NCBI GenBank assembly: GCA_001642005.1 | Contig: LWCA01000036.1 | Location: forward strand, 6,068 to 70,067 | Direction: 5' to 3' | From: Intoshia linei | Taxonomy: Eukaryota > Animalia > Orthonectida | DNA length: 64,000 bases | In this document: in pieces, positions 54,605 through 64,000 of the stretch | Layout: each line of letters opens with the position of its first letter | Numbering within the stretch: position 1 is the first letter of the stretch | The notes under the pieces: model-generated | Told to the model about the DNA's origin: nothing | The model's input: the letters and a program-made list of their open reading frames with translations, nothing else | The model's database searches: none | Translations under genes and position numbers: made by a program

Positions 54605-55049
54605 TATATTTGTTTAGTTTGAATTTCAAAGATCTAACCAATTTTTATAAGAATGTGTTGTACAACCAATTATTAACAGACGCAGTTTGCCATCGTATGA
54701 AAATAAATAAAAACATTGCACTTATGGTCCCAATGTTATAAAATCCTTTATTTTACAGAATATATATTTTTAAGATATTAAGTAATCTGAATCGATAATG
54801 TAAATACAGAATAAGCATAGTGATAACATTATAACGTTACAAATATATTGTAGGCAATATTTATAAAAATTAATGCCTTAAATAATAAAAGGAGAATTCA
54901 TAATAATATTGAAATCGCTATGTAAATATTGCTATTAGTTATTTGCGATTTTTTGAACACATTTTGCAACTAATTTTGTCAAAAAATCGAGAATAATCTG
55001 TATTTTGAAATGAATTCTTTTTTTTGTCAAACATAATGGAAAAAACAGT

Positions 55050-56300
55050 TAGCATCGAAAAATTACAATGCAAAAAGACATTTTTTGGTGAAACATAAAA
55101 ATGTATTGCAAAACGAGGAAAAAGATTGCATTCAATTAAATGTATGAAAGGTTTAGTAATAAAAAAGTGAAAACTCACTCAAATACAATCTCATACAGAA
55201 TAGCAATGACTCTAGCCAAGACTGTAAACCTTTCCAAGATTCTCTAATTATTAAAAAATGCCTTGAACATATCACCCTTCTAAACATGTCTGAAGAAACA
55301 AAACATGCAATATTAGAATTGCCTCTTTCTTGCCAATCGATTACCATAAGAATTGATACACTTGCTGGTAGTGTTGAAATTATCTTAATACAAAAATTAA
55401 AAAATTGTAAACATTTCTCAATCTGTTTATTCAATGAGACTAATGACATCAAGGATATGGTACAAGTAGGAATGTTTGTTCGTATGATGAATAATAAATT
55501 CGACATTTTTGAAGAAATGATGGGACTAGTTGGATTGACTGGTACAACAAAAGCACATTATATATTCAAAGCAGTAATGGATATATTTGAGAGGTTAAAG
55601 GTAAATATTAAAAAATAAACTGGAACAGTAACAGATGGCGCAGCAGCAATGATTGGTCAATATAATGAAGTCGCTACATTGTTAAAAAGGTATGCTTCTG
55701 ACATGGAAATAAAAATGTTGTATCATATCACTGTTACATTCATCAAAAGGCATTATGTTCTCAAGTTTGTGACATAAATAGTTTATGTGAAATCGTCATA
55801 AATACCATAAACTTTCTAAAAAGGCATGGATCGAACCATCGCCTATTTCAAACTTTTTTAAAAGAATGTGAAAGTGATTATAATGATGTATTATATTTTA
55901 CTAACGCAAGGGGGCTCTCAAAAGGTAAAATGCTCAAAAGATTTTACAATTTACTACCTGAAATAAAATTATTTCTAGAATCTAAACATAAAAAATTTGA
56001 AGAATTTACAAATCCTATGTGGCTTTCAGGTGTATGTTTCATAATTGATATGACAGGCCATCTGAACACTTTAAATACGAAACTACAAAGAAAAAATAAA
56101 ATAATTACAGAATTGTATGACATTATAATTGCATTTGAAACCAAATTAATTTTATAGATTCATAATTTTAATAGATAGATTTTAAGATAATTTTTTTCAA
56201 CATTTTCCCTATTTACATGTTAAATGCAAAATACGAATGTACCAAAATATGTTGGTAATTGTTGTATTGTAGACTAATAAATTGATGCAAGAGAAATACA
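55050..56300 (+). mobile_element. GTF2IRD2/EPM2AIP1/SPIN-like hAT transposase pseudogene
   Basis: LPLSCQSITIRI, ETNDIKDMVQV.MFVR, EEMMGL..L.GTTKA..IF, VTDGAAAMIG, HCYIHQKALC, SKGKMLKRFYNL, DMTGHLNTLNTKLQ; frameshifted. Confidence 0.88.
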
Positions 56301-56599
56301 AACTTACCTACAACCGCAGTATTTGTTTTAATATTTGGAGGCCTACAAAAATCTGCACTAAATGGCATTCAGATTTTTATAGAACAAATGCTCGATTTAA
56401 ATGTCCACAAATATGGAAACATTGGCGTATTCTTAAAAATTGAAAAAAAGTTATTCAAACATTAAACTCGTATTAGATAAAATTGAATATAAGAGTCACA
56501 TGTGAAAAATAATGGTTGCTTTAAAAATAGTTAGCTTCTTGGCGGGGCTCCAATCTGGAAAAGTCAGACATTCATGTTATATCGGCCAATTCAATCGGA

Positions 56600-56930
56600 A
56601 CTAATAAAAAAAGCATTATAAAATAAAACATTGGCCATTCAGGTGCAATAGAATCATAAGAGAATATAACGTGTCAAACCAGCCACTCGTTTCGTTACAT
56701 TTAATTTTTTTTTTACCTTTGCATATGAAATTAGGACTTGTACAACAATTTGTAAAAGAATTGCAAACAAATAACGGAAACATTAAAATTATTAACCAAA
56801 TTTTAAAACAAATGTTCACAAATGTAAGTGATGAAAAATTAAAACATGGCATTTTGAATGGTCCTCAAATTAATACACTCATCAAGTCGAACAATTTTTA
56901 CAAAATTATTCGGAACTATGGAAAGTTGCA
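56600..56930 (+). mobile_element. Chapaev3-like (CMC) transposase fragment
   Basis: LPLHMKLGLVQQFVKEL...F.NVSDEKLKHGILNGPQI matches the PPLHIKLGLMKQFVKAL...S.AKLKEG.F.GPQI motif as recalled. Confidence 0.7.
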
Positions 56931-56934
56931 TGAC

Positions 56935-57063
56935 TTTATTTTATTGCCTTCCCATCAACGTATTTAGTTGAATGTGGATTCAGTTACGTAGTTTTATTAT
57001 CAAAAAGAAGGAATGGATTCGATATAGTCAAAAGTCATAGCGAAAAATAGTTGAGAATGCCTG
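56935..57063 (+). mobile_element. hAT 3' end (dimerization domain plus right TIR)
   Basis: AFPSTYLVECGFS-like coding, followed by the GTTGAGAATGCCTG terminus. Confidence 0.65.
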
Positions 57064-57159
57064 ATATACATCATTCGACGCGCAATTGTGGTCTCTGTGT
57101 CTATTCAAATTATAGCTCAAAATATTCACTATACAAGGAGAGGGCAACAAAATTTTTTT

Positions 57160-58163
57160 AAAAACGTTTACTTTGAACTTGATTGAATCAAATTGAATCT
57201 TCACTTTATAAATATTTCAGTCGAATTTTACCATTATTACAAAGTAATATAAAAATGATTGATGTTAAAAATTTATCCATACTTTTGGCCTTTTTTCTTG
57301 TAAATGTTACTTTTCTTTTGACCATTTTATGTTAAATTTGTAACAATTATCAATAAAAAAATAACGTTTCAGTTAATATAAATTTAATTTTATAAAAATT
57401 TGAAATTTAAAAATTGCGTAGCAATGAAAAAAATTCCCAAGCAAAAGAATTATATTGATTTTCACCCATATTTCTTTATTGTATATGTGTAGACGTACAA
57501 TACACATTTTTTTTAAAATTGTAAAATCAATATTTACATTTTTGATTTTAATCGAAATCTTTGAAAAATATTGGTTGATAATATATTAAAAATTATTTTT
57601 CACCGGGAATGCGTAGATTTCCGGGGTTGAAATTTTGTATTTTTATCAACTGGAATAAGCTCTATCAGAATAATCTTTTTTTAAATTTTCGAACTGTTAA
57701 TTATTTCATATTTTTTGTTGTAATAAAATATTTCGGAAAAAAAATATATGAATACTAAAATGCTTTTTTGAACCTGAAGTCGTCACTTATTCGGATTGAA
57801 TTTTTTTGTGTATGTTAACAGGATAGAATTGTACCACCTGTAATTTTTTTTAAATTCTAGGACTGTTTTCATTAAAAAAAAAGAGTAATTTGGGGTTTTG
57901 GCCATGAAGGTATAATTTTTTTAAATTTAAATTTATGGTAATGTTTATGATTTTAAAATCCGTATCAGTGTATATATTTTTTTAAATTTTCCAACTCGTT
58001 TAATGTTCAAAAAGAGGGACAACTGGGGTTTTTGACCCGTAAGATGTGAAATTGGGAGGTTGAAATTTATATAATATACGTCCTTGAAAAAACTGTAATT
58101 GAAATGTGGTCCTTATAAAATTCTAAGACTGATAGTTATTGAAATAAACGGTAACACACACAC
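57160..58163 (+). repeat. Longest family B copy
   Basis: Colinear with 2960-3591; the left part matches the reverse strand of 45490-45740 and 49750-49910; ends GGTAACACACAC. Confidence 0.85.
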
Positions 58164-58234
58164 CAACAAATATTGCAAATCATATTATACAATATGTAGG
58201 TGAGAATATAAATTCACATTTAGCTATATCTATA

Positions 58235-58420
58235 TAGCCTGATGCTGTATCTGAAGCTCGTGGGATAGCTAAATTGATTTATTCATTCAAGGCGTATATA
58301 TTGAACATTGATAGATCGACTAAAATGTCATTTTTAATTTTTTGTGCTGCTGACGCTAAAAAAACATTAATTACTGATAAAAAAATGATTGAGAATTGGT
58401 TATTTCTTAGTGAAAAATCT
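58235..58420 (+). mobile_element. hATm-like transposase fragment
   Basis: PDAVSEARGIAKLIYSFKAYILNIDRS resembles 44090-44170 PSAFSNSRWNAKALYAWKSYILNVDRA. Confidence 0.6.
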
Positions 58421-59574
58421 TAAAAATCTGAGTAAAACATCATTAAATAAATTCAATAAACATAATCATTACATTTCCTATAACATTTCAAAGGTAGGGT
58501 TGCGCACCCGTCGTTAACGATGCCGCAGAGAGGGAATTAGTGAAATATGAAAGAATATGAGATAAGGAAGTCTTCTCTCAAAAACAGAACGCGAAATTCA
58601 GAAAATAGTATCCACCATAAATGTATATAAAATAAATCGTTTATTATGTAATTATTGTTTAAAAAATTAATAAAACTATATAAATAAAGTTCCAATTTCA
58701 ATAAATATCTGGATTTTTTATTTTGTTGACCTCACATTCGTTATTTAATATTTTTTTAAAATTTTTGCAGTATGATTATATAATTCTAAAAATACATGCA
58801 TTTATTATGGAGGGTCCAACAAATTTTTAAAAAAATGTGACACCCTAATATCCATGTATAAACACTACATGGTGTTTTCTACAATATATACATTTTTGAT
58901 AATAATAAAGTCAGTCAACTGATACTAGAAAAGGTCCCAACACTGATGTATGTATCGAAGATATCGAAACAACAATTGAATATAATATGTAGAATTAGAT
59001 GATACAGAACAAAAAAAGGTATAAGACTGAAATGAAAGTAGGCTAAGGAAATATTATACATATTTCACGTGTGCATGACCACATTAAAGAGGGCTGATAC
59101 ACAGTAACATATATTCAATGTTGTCAAAAATATTAATGAAATTTGTGAAGACTCTCCACTAGTTCCCAAGACAGTCGCTACGAACAACTGTAGAAATATA
59201 CCTAAACATAATAAGCGATACGGACTGAAAGCTGCGACCATAAACTATTAACTTTCCGGTAACAAGGGATATAACAACTCTATCATAATAATCGTAATCT
59301 GTGCGATAAGAGTTTATTTGAAAATATTGGGATTATATAATTACGAAATAATAGCATACCGTATGAAATTCTTCCAATTTATTATCTGCAAGCAAACGTA
59401 GCAAATTTAGTCCCAAAATTTCATATTGATAAACCGAGACAGGTAATTTAGAACTATTTAAATAAAAATTATATAACATTAATACTAGTGACTTATTTCC
59501 CGGGAAATACAAAAAAAAATTTATTTATCTAATATGCATGTATGAAGAATTCAATCTACACTAAAGCCTGTCTA

Positions 59575-60106
59575 CAGTGGACCGTAAAATTATCATAATA
59601 AAAAAATTTAACAAACTTTGTATTTATGTTAAAAATATTGCAAAAAACAATATTTATTATCATATCCACAGATTATTATTGTAAAAGTATTTATAAATGT
59701 TTTCAACACTATATTTATTGTCATATTCATGGATTATACACTGTAGACGAGGGGTGTCAGACTCAATTTGCTTGGCGGGCCAAATGTGAAACAAAAAATT
59801 ATTACACAGGCCGCACAAAAAAAATCTTTACTCAAAAAATTATGTTAAAACTAACAGATTTAATTAATTTATAATAATTTTAATTCATAAAATGAATTAT
59901 GAAACAATAAAAATGGAATTAGTGTAAAAATTGTAATAATGAATAAATAAATCATGAAAAATATATGAAAAACTTGAAAAACAAGAAATATGTGTAAAAA
60001 ATTGTTATAAAATATAAAAATTTATATTATAACGCGGGCCGCACATTCCATAATTTGGGGCCGCATAATTGACACCCCTGCTGTAGACCAGTTGAAAAAT
60101 CCACTG
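59575..60106. mobile_element. pogo/Tigger-like MITE (TA TSD) carrying a nested hAT MITE
   Basis: TA-CAGTGGA ... TCCACTG-TA termini. Confidence 0.5.
59749..60080. mobile_element. hAT (Buster-type) MITE
   Basis: TIRs (G)AGGGGTGTCA / TGACACCCCTG; perfect 8-bp TSD CTGTAGAC; subterminal GCGGGCC motifs. Confidence 0.88.
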
Positions 60107-60438
60107 TACCAATTGTATTTACATTGAAATGACTATAGGAAATAATTTTAAAATCAATTTCCACGAGTACAACTGTAGCCGAGTTCATATATTACTAATC
60201 AATGCTAAGAGTTCTTAGTAAGAACAATTGAAATGGTGACATGCTGACTTAATTAATAATTCAATTATAACCAAGTCTATTTTATTCGTTATATAAATTA
60301 TACTTAATGGAAGAATAAATAATAAGCATTATATTAATGAAATATTAATATAAATTTAATTATAAAAAAATTTATTTTACATTATTTACATTAGAGCGTA
60401 TAACATGTTTATAGATTCGTCATTTAAACGTGTTCTAC

Positions 60439-60706
60439 CAGTGCCGAACCTACAATACCCGCAACCCCTATTCCAAGGCGAAATTTTTGTAAAATAGGGG
60501 CATCACTTTTCCAAGTTAAGTATTAAAAAATATAACTATTTTGTGTGATAAATTTAAAATATCAAGTCATAATAATAATATATAAGTCAAGGTATTAGAA
60601 CAAGGTCGTTAGGGGCCATATGACACTATACATAGTTTTAGAAAAAAGTTTTTAGTAGCATATTTTTCATTTTCGGATGGACTCGACCTGAATAGGTTCG
60701 GATCTG
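60439..60706. mobile_element. hAT-like MITE
   Basis: TIRs CAGTGCCGAACCTA / TAGGTTCGGATCTG; flanks TGTTCTAC / GCTTCTAC. Related ends at ~2890 and ~30985. Confidence 0.65.
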
Positions 60707-61123
60707 GCTTCTACGTCTCTTTACTTATAAATTATTTAAAACTTATTATGTTTATTTAAATTCACCTTTAGTTATGTTTTCCTCATTCAAAATCTGTCAT
60801 TAAACATCAACTCAGCTAGCAATGACTTGATTAATTAATTATTTTTTTATTGGGTTTTGATTTTTTTATAAATTGAGTTATTTCTGTTTGTTTGATTAGT
60901 TTTTTAGATAAGGATATATTTGTATCACTATCATATTTTGCATTGTGACGAAGATCTAACACAGAATAAAAATTTCAAACCTTAATCACTGCTTGATCAC
61001 CTTTAACTTTATATTATATCGAAATGTTAGTTATTATTTATTTATTTGTTCAATACTTTTTTTCGGGAAATCCCGGTCAATATTTAAAATCCAGAGCACA
61101 ATCACTAATTAAATCATATTTAC

Positions 61124-62496
61124 CCATAGTCAACATAATACGTCTTTAGTTGTGCAACGTAAGCATCAAATTGTTTAATATCTTCCAATGCAATTGAACA
61201 CAATGATCCAATTTCAAGTATATTTTCTATATAATAATTATAATTAAATTTCGGTTTTTAAAGTTTTAAAATTAACAATTATAATGTTAATTATATAACA
61301 AATATTGGGTCTTTCGCATTTTTGCATCGTTTCAAATTATCGAAACTTCTCGAAACACAGTTGTGAATTGAAAAAATTTTATGCGGGATGTATTTGGAAC
61401 TGTTATGTTGTATTACACATATCGTACTGGTTTTGAAGGCGTTCAAGTACAAATATATAAATCACTGTTTAATATGTTATTGATAAAAACGTAAATATAA
61501 CAGAGGAAGAATATAACTGTAACAATGGGTTTTGATGTAATTGAAACAAATGTTTTGTTATTCAGTGGAACATAGAACTGTCCAAAACTTTTAATTTGAT
61601 ATGTATTTTTAATACGAAAACACATTTTAATGTTATGGATTTATATTATTATGAAAGAAAAAATTTTTATTTTCAAATAAATTCAAACTATTGGCTCTAA
61701 AATACGAAAGACCTCAAATATTTTTAAATTTCATAAAATTTAACCCTTTCGCTGTCTATTAAAAATGCGTTGTATATCACTGCATTATTATGAAATAATA
61801 ACTATCGGAGTAAAACTATTCGACATAAGTTAGAGGCAATTTGAATTCATGAAATTTAAAATAAGATAATTTAATAATATCACCATTACTACATTGAAAT
61901 GCTAATTTTTATTATTAAAAAGTATTTGTGCATAATCTGAACTTTTTATAATCGGAACATTGAGACTTTGAATAAATTATAATATATTTTCTTATAGTCA
62001 CTATAGAATTAACAACATTATTTAAATTTCAACATTCATTAATCCGATAATAAAATTAATATTAGCACAGATTTGCAGAACTTTTACACAACGTTACTGT
62101 TCCTATCATAATAAATTAAAAAAAAGATAAAAATTTGTTGATTCGTTGAATATAAATGTTAGAAAAAAACTTGCCTGATTATCAATGCTGTATGTGAAAA
62201 TTGTACTATTACTACTCATACTACACGATCATATATTTTATCAATTTCTAAAATAGAACTATAAAGTTAAAGCTCTACCCTACATACTGTTTTTCGCTAT
62301 TGTTAATAAATGGAAGGTTAATAATAAATAAATAGATCTTTGTTAAAAATATCTGAGTACAGAGTCTGTACCATGGTTTATGTACAACAGACCAGTATAT
62401 TACTTAATAAAATTAGAAATTACGGCATAGCAATAAATGAGATTCTGAAGCATTTGAGTCTGAAACCGACAGGAATTCCATATATGCCAATTGAAC
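61124..62496 (-). pseudogene. PSMD8: PSMD8/Rpn12 (26S proteasome lid) fragment: two intact spliceable exons
   Basis: Exons 62496-62424 and 61226-61124 splice to VQLAYMEFLSVSDSNASESHLLLCQNILEIGSLCSIALEDIKQFDAYVAQLKTYYVDY, matching Rpn12 ILEIG...SI...D...F..Y.AQLK.YY.DY. No intact flanking exons found in the window. Confidence 0.7.
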
Positions 62497-62740
62497 CTAT
62501 CAAAATAAATATAATAATATCACCAAATATATTCCATATTAAACTAGTAATGTGAAGCAATAAATATATATAGTTGTTGTGAGAATAATATACAATTAGA
62601 TCGTATACATTAAACAAGGATAGAAACAAAAACAGGGATTTTCGTAGGATATTACCATCTACTACTTTCTAGAGATACAATATTTTTAAAAATTATTTAG
62701 TAAAGTTAATAGTAAAGTCGATATATGGTTTTAAAATCTG

Positions 62741-63484
62741 TTGCATCTATTAAGAGCTCTTAGAAGACTGATTTTGAAGCCTATTCACAAAGAAAAAAGG
62801 ATGAAACTGGCTAGAACCATCTTAACGACAAATTTCCCCTCCGTAATATTTACAGATGAATGTCGTGCAACTCTTGATGGTCCGGGTGGCTGGCTTCTTC
62901 ACATGCATCGTCGTATACGCGATCATTTCTTTCAGAAAATGGCATTAGTGGAGGAAAATTGATGGAAACCTTATTGAAAATTAATGGAGCATGATAAAAC
63001 TGTAACATATTGAAATTACCTTAATCATTATTTATATTAATCATTTAAAAAATTATATTCTAAACTGAAATGCTGAAACTCAGTATAACTCCTTGATGTA
63101 CTTTGAAATGCGATTGAAGAAATGTCTAAATCTATTATGCCAGAACGTGTCAAGAATTTGACCGATTCGGTCGATGTTAGACTTTTTGAGTTTTTAGAAG
63201 TCGATGGTAACTACATTAAATATTAAAACTAAATTTTAACGATCTGATCCATCAAATTTAATATGATTCATTGAATTTGCATAATATATTGACACATTAA
63301 CATTAACTAATAAATGCATATATTTAATTATTTTAATTTTAATTGCTTCAAATTTTTTTCTTTTAATTATAAATAATTTTATATAATGTCAAGTACATTC
63401 TATAAAAAAATTAACAATTTCACTCAACTGTTAAGTATATTTTTGCGAGTTTTTTAGATCTGCATAATATTTTGGCACAGAGTG
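62741..63484 (+). mobile_element. Tc1-family (TRT/DD37E-like) transposon remnant with right TIR
   Basis: HKEKRMKLAR...VIFTDECRATLDGPGGW. Right end TGCATAATATTTTGGCACAGAGTG-TA with an inner direct repeat TGCATAATATATTGACACA at ~63278. Confidence 0.8.
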
Positions 63485-63499
63485 TATATTGTGTATAAA

Positions 63500-63788
63500 A
63501 AAAATGGCGTTTCTATGGAAAGAGTTAATTTTATATTGAAAATATTATAATCAAATATAATCCAACGCACAAGCGTATCCGATCAACTTCAGATTTTAAG
63601 ACTCTCCTCTGAGATTTTCTGGGGAGACATTTTATTGAAGCTTTATGGGGAAAAAATAAAAGGCGACAATGTCATGTATGATTAAGTCAAAACAAAAGAA
63701 CGGACACGACATATGGATGTATAGAATGTGATAAAACATTGTGTATACTAGGGTGTTTCACGGTATGTAACTACGAAGAACTTTAGGG
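63500..63788 (+). mobile_element. piggyBac transposase 3' remnant
   Basis: Cys-rich C-terminus RRQCHV*...RTDTTYGCIECDKTLCILGCF, followed by a GGG-TTAA end (63786-63792). Confidence 0.75.
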
Positions 63789-64000
63789 TTAAAGAGATGA
63801 AGGTTTATAAAACATAGACCATAGTGAAAAATTTTTTTGATATAAACTTGTTTTGAAGTGGGGCAAGATAAAATAAGATTTAAACATTTATGTGGTAATA
63901 AAGTTCAATTTGGCAAATAAATTGTATTGTCAATATGTACGATTTCAAATTAAATTAAACTTAATTAAAGATTCAATTATATATCAACGTGAATTTGCGA

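Noticed and set aside
59040-59420. Possible integrase remnant (NSIPYEILPIYYLQAN)
   Set aside because: Too degraded to support a call.
61443-61625. Small hydrophobic ORF resembling a channel subunit N-terminus
   Set aside because: Lies in the PSMD8 intron; no consistent spliced continuation or diagnostic motif.
62340-62629. ORFs 62340-62555 (+) and 62420-62629 (-) as separate genes
   Set aside because: A different minus-strand frame gives the PSMD8 exon with proper splice sites.
61744-63788. piggyBac left end (61744) and right end (63788) as one element capturing a PSMD8 exon
   Set aside because: The ends match only over CCCT, and the second PSMD8 exon lies outside.
8937-63788. Alternative genetic code or stop readthrough suggested by frequent in-frame TAA/TGA
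   Set aside because: Interruptions are confined to TE remnants and come with frameshifts; host genes, including the 1991-codon ATR ORF, use the standard code.

Overview
Very AT-rich, gene-compact eukaryotic (invertebrate animal-like) DNA. Genes have GT-AG introns of two size classes: about 30-70 nt, or 0.4-1.9 kb where MITEs have inserted. The style resembles a reduced genome such as an orthonectid, but this is an unverified guess. By splicing exons manually I reconstructed these genes in 1-48 kb: an arylsulfatase (+), TRAF3IP1/IFT54 (+), ATR kinase (+, one 5.9-kb exon), a SMOC-like Kazal-TY-EF-TY-EF protein (+), a 64-aa two-exon orphan (-), RPF2 (-), a two-LIM protein (-), a 69-aa L27-like two-exon orphan (+), a TFAM-like two-HMG-box protein (-), EVG1/C22orf23 (-), and a coiled-coil protein with a C-terminal RVxF motif (+). 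Several of these are absent from the ORF track. The region 48-64 kb is a transposon graveyard (hATm, Charlie/Buster, GTF2IRD2-like hAT, Chapaev-like, Gypsy, TRT-like Tc1, piggyBac, Helitron-like ends) and contains two intact exons of PSMD8/Rpn12. I found no prokaryote-type system, CRISPR array, tRNA or rRNA. The best candidates for novelty are the two microprotein genes, tightly packed same-strand gene pairs (possible operon/trans-splicing), a GC-rich two-hairpin intronic RNA candidate, a possible micro-intron in a mariner transposase, and modular MITE families. All family assignments come from remembered motifs, not database searches.
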